The position numbers and the translations under genes are program-made. From NCBI GenBank assembly GCA_025061115.1, contig JANZKC010000002.1, positions 256,001 to 320,000 on the forward strand: 64,000 bases of DNA, written 5' to 3'. The DNA comes from Candidatus Culexmicrobium cathedralense. Lineage in GTDB: Archaea; Thermoproteota; Methanomethylicia; Culexarchaeales; Culexmicrobiaceae. How positions within the stretch are numbered: the first letter of the stretch is position 1; each line of letters begins with the position of its first letter. A model generated the notes under the pieces. That model worked only from the letters and a program-made list of their open reading frames with translations, was not told the DNA's origin and did not search any database. Shown here piece after piece: positions 41,590 to 51,908 of this stretch.

Positions 41590-42015
41590 ATGTGGAAGAT
41601 ATTTGACGAATTCGAAAAAATGCGAAGGAGACTCGAGAGATTATTCGAGGAATTCTACGAAGAATTTGAAAAACCAATGTGGGATTACCAATCAAAGTGC
41701 TTAGAACCACTAGTTAGCGTAAAAGAAATTGAAGACAAAGTTGTCGTAACGATCGACCTGCCATGCGTAGATAAAAACAACATAAAAATATACGCAACCG
41801 AAGACACCCTAACTGTAGAAGCAACCCTGAAAGAGGCATATAGGTTCGAAAGGCTGGGAGTGGTTAGAAAAGAGACATCATTCGAATACTTTAAGAAAGT
41901 AATAAGATTACCAGCTCCAGTCATACCTGAAAAGGCTAAAGCAAGATTTAAGAGAGGAATACTTGAAGTAGTCCTACCAAAGAAAATAACTGGCGTAGAA
42001 ATCAAGGTCGAGTAG
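41590..42015 (+). CDS. Small heat shock protein Hsp20
   Basis: Alpha-crystallin domain AKARFKRGILEVVLPK and C-terminal IKVE. Confidence 0.92.
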   Translation: MWKIFDEFEKMRRRLERLFEEFYEEFEKPMWDYQSKCLEPLVSVKEIEDKVVVTIDLPCVDKNNIKIYATEDTLTVEATLKEAYRFERLGVVRKETSFEYFKKVIRLPAPVIPEKAKARFKRGILEVVLPKKITGVEIKVE

Positions 42016-42451
42016 AATTCGCCCTACAACCTACAATACTAATAACAACAGCTCCATTGCACCTCTCAGCAACAATCCAAATTAATGGCTCAGAAACATA
42101 AACCAAAGAGTGGCGAAAGGACACATCCATAGTCTTAGGAACCATGACATAGAAGGTTTTTCCGCCCAACTCAAGTCTTAAGACGCCATTATCAAGTAGT
42201 TCAACCGCACCGCCAACAGCAAGTCTCGGAAGTCTCAAAGCAATTGCAATGTAAGACAACTCGCCAATAGTGCGAGCCGAACTCTCAGCAGCTAATATAG
42301 ATTCCAATATCAAGTTAATGCAAGCTTCAGCCGAGAAGCGGAATGGCAAGTGGGAATTCACGAAACTCTCAATACCAACTAAATAAGCCGACAAAGAAGC
42401 AATTAGGGCGCAAATCAAAATTACATGCGAAACTACAGCCCTCAAAATCAA
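42002..42451 (-). CDS. Hypothetical pilus-locus protein with N-terminal hydrophobic helix
   Basis: Last gene of a tightly overlapping operon. Confidence 0.55.
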   Translation of the reverse strand: MILRAVVSHVILICALIASLSAYLVGIESFVNSHLPFRFSAEACINLILESILAAESSARTIGELSYIAIALRLPRLAVGGAVELLDNGVLRLELGGKTFYVMVPKTMDVSFRHSLVYVSEPLIWIVAERCNGAVVISIVGCRANSTRP

Positions 42452-43116
42452 CCCTCCACAACAACTTTAACAACCTTAACCGAAACTACGCTAGGGTTAA
42501 GCGCAGAAGCATTAAAGAGGAAAAGCTTCGAAAAAGCACCGCAAACCACTCTCAGCTCAAAATCAGTGGTTTGCAAAGGAGCTAAACATCTCTCAAATAC
42601 GCTAACATCATAATTTAACTTCAAAGATGAACCTGAGAGCTTGATGCTTTCAGGTTCAAAAACAACGCATGTCACTGTTATTAAACTGCCATTGATTTGA
42701 ACCTTAGGATAGAAGTACAACTTGATTTTACTTCCCAACCCCAACATCAAGCAAGAAAGCCCACTATGATTCCATTCCTCCAAAATCACTGGCTTTGACA
42801 TGGGATAAATTTGAAAATCACATTCATAAGTTAAAGCCATTAATTTAGATGCAAATAGCCGCTGACCACCAACTGCAACCGACAAAATGCCCTCATCCTC
42901 AAATTTTATGCACCCAAACTTGAATTCTATTGGAATAACCTTTAAGCCTCCACTCCGAATGTTCATTGCAATTGATCTAAAAAGTGTCTTTACAGCATTA
43001 ACCTCAGATTCCAAATGTGCATACCGATAAACCGCATAGTACGCTGAGAGCCCCACAGCTCCAATAACGAGGACTACACTTGTAACAACAACCAATGCAA
43101 TCACGGAAGAACTCAA
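42448..43116 (-). CDS. Pilin-like protein
   Basis: Pilin-like N-terminal helix SSVIALVVVTSVVLVI; operon context. Confidence 0.65.
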   Translation of the reverse strand: MSSSVIALVVVTSVVLVIGAVGLSAYYAVYRYAHLESEVNAVKTLFRSIAMNIRSGGLKVIPIEFKFGCIKFEDEGILSVAVGGQRLFASKLMALTYECDFQIYPMSKPVILEEWNHSGLSCLMLGLGSKIKLYFYPKVQINGSLITVTCVVFEPESIKLSGSSLKLNYDVSVFERCLAPLQTTDFELRVVCGAFSKLFLFNASALNPSVVSVKVVKVVVEG

Positions 43117-43117
43117 A

Positions 43118-43840
43118 TCACCTAACCTCCAACTTCAAGATTTCAAATAGAATAATTGCGCTCCCACTCCTCACGCGCATTGAAAGAGATCTTACCTCAT
43201 CGCTACTCACAAGAATTAACTTAAGCCTACCATGTGGGCATGGCACGTTATATATGGATTTAAGCGCCGAAGTGACCGCAATTCTTATTCGCCCACCTTC
43301 AAGAACCTTAGCACTCTCAATAGTGTAAACCCTAACGTAGAGGTGATTGCCAAATGAAGAAACTTGAACCCCAAATAACAGCTTAATCGCAAAATTGTAC
43401 TTCACAGCCGAAATGCAGGATCCATTAAGCGAGAAGTAATCGCAGCCTCCAAAGAGAACAGTATTATTTGCGGACATTGGAGTTGAAGTAAAGGCCACAA
43501 TTTCAAATCCCCTCCACTCCCCAATCAAAGCCCCATTAGCAAATAGCGTCAAATTTTCAGTATAAATAATGGAAATATAGGAAAAACCTGGAAGCTCAAG
43601 AAGCTTCGACTCACCTTTAAACTCAAGGCGCTCAATCGACTCAGCCAAGGCCAATATCGATTCATCAGCTAAAGCCTCAACACCCCTTCCAATCAAGCTC
43701 GAGGTATAAGGAACACTTAGCCCATAGACAATTAGCGTTAAAGACACTATGGTGAAGCTCACAATCACTCCCGCTAAAATCTCCGAAACACCACGCTTAG
43801 ACTTCAAATTCAATATATGTAACGATGCCACGCCAATCAC
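43118..43840 (-). CDS. Type IV pilin-like protein (class III signal peptide)
   Basis: KSKRG|VSEILAGVIV. Confidence 0.75.
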   Translation of the reverse strand: MIGVASLHILNLKSKRGVSEILAGVIVSFTIVSLTLIVYGLSVPYTSSLIGRGVEALADESILALAESIERLEFKGESKLLELPGFSYISIIYTENLTLFANGALIGEWRGFEIVAFTSTPMSANNTVLFGGCDYFSLNGSCISAVKYNFAIKLLFGVQVSSFGNHLYVRVYTIESAKVLEGGRIRIAVTSALKSIYNVPCPHGRLKLILVSSDEVRSLSMRVRSGSAIILFEILKLEVR

Positions 43841-44483
43841 CTACATACAACCTAACCTTAGAGGCAAGTGCTGGAATAACTGCGCGAATAATCCATATGC
43901 CAGTAGAATCAAGAACTACAATTGGGTCAATGGCAATCCAGAAGTTTCCATCATAATATTCTAAAGTGAAGTTCAATGAACTTATAGGCAAACCATATTC
44001 CTTAACCACTTTAACTTTAAGGGAAGTTGCTTTAAACGCAGGGGAAGGCGGAGGGAAGTCCCTCGATAACTCCAAGATAGTCAAATTCAACTCGGAAAGG
44101 CACCTTAAAATGTAGTGAGAATTGAATTTGAAGTCGCTAACAGCAAAAGCGGCTTCAGCCCTACAAAATCCTTCACGAACAAGCGCCGTGGAATTCAATA
44201 TTGTAATTACTATTGGGAGATTTAAAGCCAAATTGTTAACTGCCCTCTCAAGGTACCAATTAAAGTCGCCGCCAAGAGATTTCCACGCCAAGGAGCTGTC
44301 CAATGCCCTCTTAACCATTTTATTAATAGCTTTCAAATATGAAGTAGGAACATCAGTACAAGTTGAGCGCAGAGGTATTGAGTAAATTAACTGAATTAGC
44401 ATGGACAAGTAGATGAGGGCAAAGATTATAAGAACCTGCCCTCTATCACCACGACCCCTTAACCAATACAATACGAACATCAC
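43797..44483 (-). CDS. Minor pilin-like protein
   Basis: DRG|QVLIIFALI. Confidence 0.65.
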   Translation of the reverse strand: MMFVLYWLRGRGDRGQVLIIFALIYLSMLIQLIYSIPLRSTCTDVPTSYLKAINKMVKRALDSSLAWKSLGGDFNWYLERAVNNLALNLPIVITILNSTALVREGFCRAEAAFAVSDFKFNSHYILRCLSELNLTILELSRDFPPPSPAFKATSLKVKVVKEYGLPISSLNFTLEYYDGNFWIAIDPIVVLDSTGIWIIRAVIPALASKVRLYVGDWRGIVTYIEFEV

Positions 44484-44832
44484 CCCTAAAAGTCAAGACA
44501 TATACTGCAACTGCAACATCATTGTCTCCAATAGCTCCCCTAGAAAAACTTGAAATAACCCTCCCATTTCCATCGAGAACTTCCACTGCAAAATTAATTT
44601 CAGAGGGTAGAAGCCTTTCAATTGACTCGTATAATGCCCTCCACTCTCCACTATAAATCAATCTAGTTAATTCCCCATTTTCATCAGCTTCAACAAGCGC
44701 ATCAAATAGAATGCCTCTAAGTTCACCAACACACCTAGTCGCTCTAAAATGCCGAGGAATTAGAAGCGGCGTTATAATGATCATTAATGCTAGAAGCGCC
44801 TCAAAAATCCTAGAAAAACCAAGCTTATCCAC
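44446..44832 (-). CDS. Minor pilin-like protein
   Basis: KLG|FSRIFEALLALMIII. Confidence 0.7.
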   Translation of the reverse strand: MDKLGFSRIFEALLALMIIITPLLIPRHFRATRCVGELRGILFDALVEADENGELTRLIYSGEWRALYESIERLLPSEINFAVEVLDGNGRVISSFSRGAIGDNDVAVAVYVLTFRGDVRIVLVKGSW

Positions 44833-47143
44833 GCTGCTTCCCTCTCCCTACAACTAGCTTAACAACACATTCATGCCTAATCGAACTGCTTGACCCTAAA
44901 ATGGTTACCCAGTAAACCTTAGATGGAGTAAGCTTGCTCACGTAAATGATTAGAGTGCTATTGAATGGCGGCCTCCCTCTTGCCGGCCGGAGGAGAAAAA
45001 TCGAGAATGGCGGCAGATCATTGACTGTAACTTCGACTACATCATTGAAACCACCTATAGGAGTAATGAGAACTTTAAATAGCACAGCACCACTACGACT
45101 TATCTCAACTTCCTTGGGCAAGACAGTTAAATTGAAGTCTTTAACTTCACCCAAAACGAGAACTGTAAGTAGCGAGAAGCTTTCCATTCCATCATCGCCA
45201 ACACCCTTAATCAAAATTTTATACTCTCCCGAAGAAGCTGAAGATGTTTGTATGGTGCACGTCGAATTAAATGGTGGAATAGCCCTTTCCGGATTAAATG
45301 TAACGTTAAATCCAATTGGAACATTTTCCGCAGTAATTTCAACGGGATGTTGATAGTCATTAATGGGATTAATGTGAACTTCAATTTTCACTTCATCCAG
45401 TGAATCAACTTCAACTTTACTTGGAAAGAGTAAGATGCTAAAGCTTGAATTGGATTTTGGTAAGACATTTACCTCAACTTCACAATACGCCGTAAATCCA
45501 CCTTCACTAATGCCCTTCACATAAAATGCATACGTGCCGGGTGGAGCATGTTGATCAGCAATTATTGTAGCCATAATTGAAAATGGAGTTATTCCAGAAA
45601 TTTCGCTCAAATTAATGGATAAATACGGAAATGAGCTTGATGCATATAAACTAACATTGACTTCACGAAATTCACTGAAGCTCATAACATCTATTCTAAC
45701 TTGAGCCGATCCACCTGCAGTGACGTTTACACAATGAGGGTACGCTTTGATTGTAAAGGCATTCTCCTCAACTCTAACATCTAGGTTATATGGCCAAGTC
45801 CATAACTCAACAATGTAAAGGTAGCTGCCAATAAAAATTGACTTCAACATATGAAAAGCCTCACTTCGCACTCCACCATAAAGGCGCGGCAGTGGAGGAA
45901 CACTAGCTACGTAATATGAGGAGTTGTTCGATGAATAAGCAACCAAAATTAAAGGAAGAAAACTATAGTTTAACTTGAAAATTCCATCAACATGAAAGTC
46001 TTTAATGTAGCCAGCGCTTAATGCCCTAGATTCAATTGGGGATAAAGCATAGTAAGAGTAGTTGCCCAAGGGCAATTTGATGTAAATTCCACTATGAAAT
46101 ATGGGAAGGCTGCTTGGAAGAACTACCAGCGAAGGATATTGCTCCCCGCTGAAATGGAATTTAACGCTTCCAGACATCTTAACAATTTTTACGTAAATTC
46201 TATCTCCCTCAGATAGTTCGCATTCATCTACAAAATGCAATTTAATTGAGTAGCACTTAGCATCATGTGAACTCACATTAACAACATTGCTTACGAGAGA
46301 GCGGATTAAGTCAAGCCTTCTATTAGCAATTCCAATTTCAAGCCGAACTTGGCCGAAGCCTGAAAGAAACAACCTGGCTTCGCCAAATCCAGAATATAAT
46401 TGAAAAGTGCTATCAAAAGCTTGACTATAAAAGATAATTGGTGTGAACAGCACATTCTCAGTTCTAGCTCCCCCAGCTTTGCCCTCAGCTAAAAGATACT
46501 TTGAATAGCCGAGCGGAATGCTAGTAAAGAAGAGCGCACCATTAAAGGCAGCCGCCTCAACTTCTTTGAAAATACCAGTGTAATTAAACCCAAAAAATTC
46601 ACCATCAACCGCAAAAGCTACTACCAATTTAGGTTCAAATCCAAATTTATAGTAGCCACAACCACCGGCAGCTCGAATGCAAATCCTATCTACACGGCCA
46701 TTCTCATTAAATGCATATAGGAAGATGTCGGCAGAAAATGGAGCGGTAGTTATGGAGTTCACTACCGTGCAGTACAACTCTCTACCCTTTAACTGCAAAG
46801 AAACCTGGAGAGAAGGTTTTATTGTGAGAGTTAATCCATATCGAGTTACCCCAAGAAGCCTTTGCAGCTCATCATATGGCAAGTAGGAGCTTGAGCATAT
46901 AGACCTGCACTCTACGCTGAGCTTCTGGATGAAGTGAGAGCACGCTTTACCATTTGGAGCCAATATCGAAAGCAAATAGTGAGATAGGAAGCTTTGCAAT
47001 GAATTGTCATTAAGTTTCTGCAAGCTAAAATTAGCATATGAATTCAATCCAGCAAGACATGCTGTTAATAGCATGAACACCATCAATCCTGCAAATACAT
47101 ATTCGACTACGACTTCCACTCCTATCAGCCACCTACTTTGCAT
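44825..47143 (-). CDS. Large pilin-like surface protein with three C-terminal Ig-like repeats
   Basis: N-terminal hydrophobic helix and ~100-aa repeats of the form F.(I/L).V.P...PPFNST. Confidence 0.7.
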   Translation of the reverse strand: MQSRWLIGVEVVVEYVFAGLMVFMLLTACLAGLNSYANFSLQKLNDNSLQSFLSHYLLSILAPNGKACSHFIQKLSVECRSICSSSYLPYDELQRLLGVTRYGLTLTIKPSLQVSLQLKGRELYCTVVNSITTAPFSADIFLYAFNENGRVDRICIRAAGGCGYYKFGFEPKLVVAFAVDGEFFGFNYTGIFKEVEAAAFNGALFFTSIPLGYSKYLLAEGKAGGARTENVLFTPIIFYSQAFDSTFQLYSGFGEARLFLSGFGQVRLEIGIANRRLDLIRSLVSNVVNVSSHDAKCYSIKLHFVDECELSEGDRIYVKIVKMSGSVKFHFSGEQYPSLVVLPSSLPIFHSGIYIKLPLGNYSYYALSPIESRALSAGYIKDFHVDGIFKLNYSFLPLILVAYSSNNSSYYVASVPPLPRLYGGVRSEAFHMLKSIFIGSYLYIVELWTWPYNLDVRVEENAFTIKAYPHCVNVTAGGSAQVRIDVMSFSEFREVNVSLYASSSFPYLSINLSEISGITPFSIMATIIADQHAPPGTYAFYVKGISEGGFTAYCEVEVNVLPKSNSSFSILLFPSKVEVDSLDEVKIEVHINPINDYQHPVEITAENVPIGFNVTFNPERAIPPFNSTCTIQTSSASSGEYKILIKGVGDDGMESFSLLTVLVLGEVKDFNLTVLPKEVEISRSGAVLFKVLITPIGGFNDVVEVTVNDLPPFSIFLLRPARGRPPFNSTLIIYVSKLTPSKVYWVTILGSSSSIRHECVVKLVVGRGKQRG

Positions 47144-50100
47144 TTAGCTCTTCCAATTATCGCATTACCATAGGTAACTTCAACTTCAACATAATCGGCA
47201 TTAACATCCGCAATATTGATGGGCAGAACCTCTATCTCGCCATGCCTAATAGTTAAAGGCACGTCTAATACTAGCTGAGGCTGCATAGCATAGTCGTAAA
47301 TCGCTACATGGACACAGCAGCTCAAATCCATTAAGCCGCATAAGCTTGCCATCTCTATTGATAATGTGGATTCCATAACGCGAATTGAGATAATAGTGGA
47401 TAAATCTTCAAATGAAATGATGGTGTTAGCCCACTTGCAGCACGTAACCCACCTATCAGAACTGTCAAAACACATCAACTTGACTTCAAATGCCCTATTA
47501 AAGGGCAATTTAACTTCCAAATTCACAAGTCCGCGATCATCAGTCAAGCCCTCAACAGACGCTAGGAGGCTGCCATTCTTATCGAAAAACAGAAGGGTGG
47601 TCAGCACTCCACTAGCTGGCTCTAAAGTATAGCGATAGTAAATTTGAAATTCAACGTGATAGTTGAAGTCCGAGCAGTTGGATGACATTAAGTGCGCAGC
47701 GATACTTCTAAAGCGCACAAGGCACTCGGCCTTTGAAGTTGAGTTCTTGTAGACGCTTATTCCACTTCCAGCATAATAGAGTCTAGCTGGAAGATAGGCA
47801 TCAACATCTAATCTGGGAGCTTGCATAATTATGCTTCCATTACCAAGTATTGGAGAACTCCTTAGTGAGCTGTTATCTGGAAGAATAAGCTGAACCTCGA
47901 TTGTTCCATTCCTATTTTCAATCGCCTCTCCAGTTGAAGCCCAAGTTACATTAAAGAAAATCATGCTGTAGCTAAACCAGTTTTTAACAAAATATGAAAG
48001 AGAGGCTCCATCAACTTTGAAGGTAGCTCTCCCAATAATTTCTCCCCTAAAACTTCTAACAACAACATCATAAACTCCAAACGTATTGTTAGGTCCATTT
48101 AGAAGGAAAATAGCTGAAGCCAATCCGGATGAATTCGTGCGAACCTGAATTGAAGATGAATATGCTGGGTGAGAGATTTCTTGGGGAATTTCTATGATCA
48201 CAGGAGTATTTGGAGTATAATTAACTAAGACGCCTATAGCTTCATAAGGTAGGAATGCTTCTTCATCAACCCACCGCCCCGAAGGCCAGTGAACGTAGTA
48301 AAGATTAACTTTAGCAGGGTAATCAATTATTGTCGCTCCAAAAAAGTCCATTACGGAGCGATCTTCGCTTGAAGCCAAAATTGTAATATTGTGAAATCCC
48401 AAGACTGATTGTTCATCAGCTTCGAGCAAGAGCTCAATTAGCTCAGACTCATTTGGGCTTAAAGATACTAAATTTTTGCTTAGGGAAGCTCGAAGATATG
48501 GCGGAAGCTCGTCAACTTCCAGCAGCACATCGCCTTTAAAATTGTTTAAGCTGGTTAAATTCACCCAATACTTTGCAGATTCACCAACAATGATCGTCTG
48601 ATTTTTTGGGAATACCTCAACTTCAATAAGCGGCTTAGGAAGCTCTTCAACATTTAAGTAAAAAGTATTGCTTTCTCTTGATATCGAGCCGTCACTACCT
48701 TTAACTTTAAGTTCATAAATTCCAGGATTAGTGATTTCAGCAATGCTGATAGCAAGAGTAACTTCAGCAGCCGAATATGAAATTCGAACTGGATTGCTGG
48801 AAAAGCTTGCTGAAGCCTTTAAATTTGAAGCTACAAGTGACAGGTAAATTTTCCCAGAATACCCATTTAATGGCTTAATAGTCACATTGAAAATCGCAGT
48901 TCCTCCTTGAAATATGCTTTGCATAGTGGGGTTAACAGATATTTTAAATGAAGGTTTGAGGTAACCTGTTATCCGCACTTTAATGGATTTCTTTTGACCA
49001 TCAGCTCCCGTAGCTATCACTTCAACTCTAGCTGTACTAGGAATTTTAGGTGAGAATACCGCATAGCACTTGATTGTCGGCTTCCCCTCATTTATCCCCA
49101 CAAATCTAACGTTAAGCCATTTAGGAGCATTCTTTACCGTTACTTTAACCGGCTTATCATACCCGTTGGAGCTTACCACATAGACTGTAACGCTGTCAGA
49201 GCCGCCCACAGGAATTTTCAAAGAACTCGGCAACACGTATAGTGAGAAGCTTGGAATGACGATTTGCACATTCTTCTTAGAAGCTAGATAATTGTAGTCA
49301 CCTTCAAATTTAACTTCAAAATTCCTTATGCCAGTAGATGCTCCCTCTGGAATTTTATATTTGAACGAGAAAAAGCCATCTTTACTTGTAATTGTAGATG
49401 AAACGTATGTACCATCGAGGTAAAGCTTTACGATCTTCCAGGATAAAGGCGAACCTCTGCTAGAGGTTAACCTACCACTTATTAAAATGGTATTTCCCCA
49501 ATACGCCTTATTAGGTGAGGCTGTAGCTTTAATGGAGGTTGTCTCCTTATAGCGAATTTTAACTGATACTTTTGCTCCAAAACTTCCACTGTAAAAATCA
49601 GAGGTTGCAAATGCATAGTCTTCCAAAGCTCCATAGGCTCCAGCCTTGACGTAGAGAATAGCTCTTAACTGAATCTTCTTCCCCTTTGAAACTGTCATTT
49701 GAACCTTATATCGCTTAACCCGATTTACATAGGTGAAGTAGCGCTCTCTAAATCCCGGTCCATATAAATCTAGTGTAACGGACTCTAAAACAAGCCTATT
49801 GGAGCCGAACATTAGCGTAAGTTGAAGCTGCGCAGTGGCACTATGACTATATGGGTTTGATGAAGCTTGAACGCGCATATATCCTCTAAGTGAATATTTG
49901 ACCTCAATTTCAACGATTTTACCGCTGAAGCTTGGAATCCAATTTTTATTTAAAATAATAGTTATCTCGCTTTCGCTCATAAGCGAGCCGACGCCCTTCA
50001 TTGACTTGGCAAACGATTCAAGAGTGCCCAGTCCAAGCGAGTAATGATAAAGGGTTTGAGAATAATCACCCCTAGAATAGGCATATACATCACCGCTACT

Positions 50101-50220
50101 GAAGGGTGGAGCCAAAAACTCGGTGAGCTCCTCGGAAATAAGGTAACTAGGCTGAGCTATAACTTGAATTGGAAGTAATGTGAGTATTAAAATGCTAAGT
50201 AAGAATAATCTCTTCACCAA
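47125..50220 (-). CDS. Large secreted adhesin-like protein with Ig-like repeats
   Basis: Signal peptide and repeats FSLYVLP.., FKISVNP.., IEVEVFP.. each followed by NG(Y/F)-like motifs. Confidence 0.75.
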   Translation of the reverse strand: MVKRLFLLSILILTLLPIQVIAQPSYLISEELTEFLAPPFSSGDVYAYSRGDYSQTLYHYSLGLGTLESFAKSMKGVGSLMSESEITIILNKNWIPSFSGKIVEIEVKYSLRGYMRVQASSNPYSHSATAQLQLTLMFGSNRLVLESVTLDLYGPGFRERYFTYVNRVKRYKVQMTVSKGKKIQLRAILYVKAGAYGALEDYAFATSDFYSGSFGAKVSVKIRYKETTSIKATASPNKAYWGNTILISGRLTSSRGSPLSWKIVKLYLDGTYVSSTITSKDGFFSFKYKIPEGASTGIRNFEVKFEGDYNYLASKKNVQIVIPSFSLYVLPSSLKIPVGGSDSVTVYVVSSNGYDKPVKVTVKNAPKWLNVRFVGINEGKPTIKCYAVFSPKIPSTARVEVIATGADGQKKSIKVRITGYLKPSFKISVNPTMQSIFQGGTAIFNVTIKPLNGYSGKIYLSLVASNLKASASFSSNPVRISYSAAEVTLAISIAEITNPGIYELKVKGSDGSISRESNTFYLNVEELPKPLIEVEVFPKNQTIIVGESAKYWVNLTSLNNFKGDVLLEVDELPPYLRASLSKNLVSLSPNESELIELLLEADEQSVLGFHNITILASSEDRSVMDFFGATIIDYPAKVNLYYVHWPSGRWVDEEAFLPYEAIGVLVNYTPNTPVIIEIPQEISHPAYSSSIQVRTNSSGLASAIFLLNGPNNTFGVYDVVVRSFRGEIIGRATFKVDGASLSYFVKNWFSYSMIFFNVTWASTGEAIENRNGTIEVQLILPDNSSLRSSPILGNGSIIMQAPRLDVDAYLPARLYYAGSGISVYKNSTSKAECLVRFRSIAAHLMSSNCSDFNYHVEFQIYYRYTLEPASGVLTTLLFFDKNGSLLASVEGLTDDRGLVNLEVKLPFNRAFEVKLMCFDSSDRWVTCCKWANTIISFEDLSTIISIRVMESTLSIEMASLCGLMDLSCCVHVAIYDYAMQPQLVLDVPLTIRHGEIEVLPINIADVNADYVEVEVTYGNAIIGRAKCKVGG

Positions 50221-51908
50221 AAATAGCCAACCCCCTTAATTCCGATAAGCGCAATTAAAGTGCATATGGCAGAATGCTTGAAGCCGCCTATAATGGTTCC
50301 ACTTGTAATTTTACCTACAATCATTCCAATTAAGCAGGAAACTACAACTATTGTAGTGAAACTCGAGGAAATTATAAGGTAAAGCAGTTCCTTAGATATA
50401 GGTAGAAGATTTGAAACGTAAATTTCAGATAAGTCGCTTACAAGCTGAACTTGTGGAATAATTGCGTAGTTAATTAGCTGAACAACTACAAATAGAAGTA
50501 TTAAGGAAGTTACGTAGCCAATTACGCAGTAAGGCTTGAGCTCCTTAGAAATCCTACCCTTAACTTCAACATAGTCTTCTGAAAATTTTGCTAAAAGAGA
50601 GAAGGTCTCCGCAGAACCTCCTCCTGAAATTAAAGCTTCCTTAAAGAGCCAGAGCATAGCTTTGCTGAACCATGACTCAACTTCTTTAATTACTTTTTCA
50701 ATGGCTTGATCTATTGGGGTTAATGAGAATCGCAGCATGTGATCGATTTTATTGATTAAATTGTCAAGCGGCTCTCCATACGACTTTGACCTAGCTTCAC
50801 TAAGCGCTTTTTCAATACTCAATCCTACTTTTCTTGCTTCAGCAATATCCCTCAAAAATCTAGGCATAGTCCTTTCTATTTGAAGCTGCTTTCTGTAATC
50901 AATTTCATGCATGATTGCTGGAGGTAGAAAGCTAGCAAATACAATTAATGATAAACTCTCATACACCTCAAACTTATAGTAAGAATGAATTATAACTACG
51001 GCAGGCGCAAGCACTAAAGCGAACTTCAATGCGATTATCATGTACTTCATGTAGCTCTGAGGAAGTTTAAATTGCTCAGAATCTATTGCCACCAAGAGCC
51101 CCAAGGCAGATAGCGGTGCAACGATAAAGCTGTAAATTCTCATCATGAAAACACCTTGACTTGGAGCCATTATAGAGAAGATGCTGAAAATTCCCAGAGG
51201 GACGAATACGAAAAAGACAACCATCAAATCCCCATAAAGCCTAGCACTTTCAGCATACCTCTTCAATGCATTACGCATCCAATCAACAACTTTGACGCTG
51301 TAATCAAGTAGGAAATTTAGAGCGCTTCCACCAGTTCTTAAAATTCTCACGTAGGAGAGAAGGTAGTCTCTAAACTCCTTCGAAGGATGTCTGCTTGCCA
51401 CCAATTCTAAAGCTAGCGTTGGCTCCTTGGAAAAGAAGAGCTTCTCCTTAAGAATAAGCTTAGCCTCCAGGTTAGCTGCCCTAAACACGTTTTGATTTGA
51501 AAGCCTCTCAAAAGCATTATACAGCGATAGTCCAGCTAAACTCATCATTCCAGCGTAAGTTGCAATGAAAGGTAACTCCGCTAGCAGCGCCCTTCTTCTA
51601 GCGTCAGCTTTGAACTTAGGGTAAAGATTGAACAGAAGTAGACATATTAAAGGCGGAGCCAAAGTTACTGTTAACAAGAAGTAATTCTTCAATATAAGCG
51701 CCATAAATATGGCGAATGCGGAGGCAGGAACGCATATGACAATTAAGTAGAAAGCGAAGATAGATCCATATCCAATAGGGCTTATGGGAATGCCGGCTTG
51801 AACAATCTTTTCACTTAACTTAAACTTCTTAGACAATAGCTCTCCAATGCCTCCAAAATAATTGTAAGCTAATCCGGCTGGAACGCCAAAAAGGCGTTTA
51901 GACTTCAA
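50214..51908 (-). CDS. TadC/ArlJ-type (T2SS F) membrane platform protein
   Basis: Two T2SSF-like halves, ELPF, HPSKEF, PRFLRDIAE and GKITSG. Confidence 0.88.
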   Translation of the reverse strand: MKSKRLFGVPAGLAYNYFGGIGELLSKKFKLSEKIVQAGIPISPIGYGSIFAFYLIVICVPASAFAIFMALILKNYFLLTVTLAPPLICLLLFNLYPKFKADARRRALLAELPFIATYAGMMSLAGLSLYNAFERLSNQNVFRAANLEAKLILKEKLFFSKEPTLALELVASRHPSKEFRDYLLSYVRILRTGGSALNFLLDYSVKVVDWMRNALKRYAESARLYGDLMVVFFVFVPLGIFSIFSIMAPSQGVFMMRIYSFIVAPLSALGLLVAIDSEQFKLPQSYMKYMIIALKFALVLAPAVVIIHSYYKFEVYESLSLIVFASFLPPAIMHEIDYRKQLQIERTMPRFLRDIAEARKVGLSIEKALSEARSKSYGEPLDNLINKIDHMLRFSLTPIDQAIEKVIKEVESWFSKAMLWLFKEALISGGGSAETFSLLAKFSEDYVEVKGRISKELKPYCVIGYVTSLILLFVVVQLINYAIIPQVQLVSDLSEIYVSNLLPISKELLYLIISSSFTTIVVVSCLIGMIVGKITSGTIIGGFKHSAICTLIALIGIKGVGYFW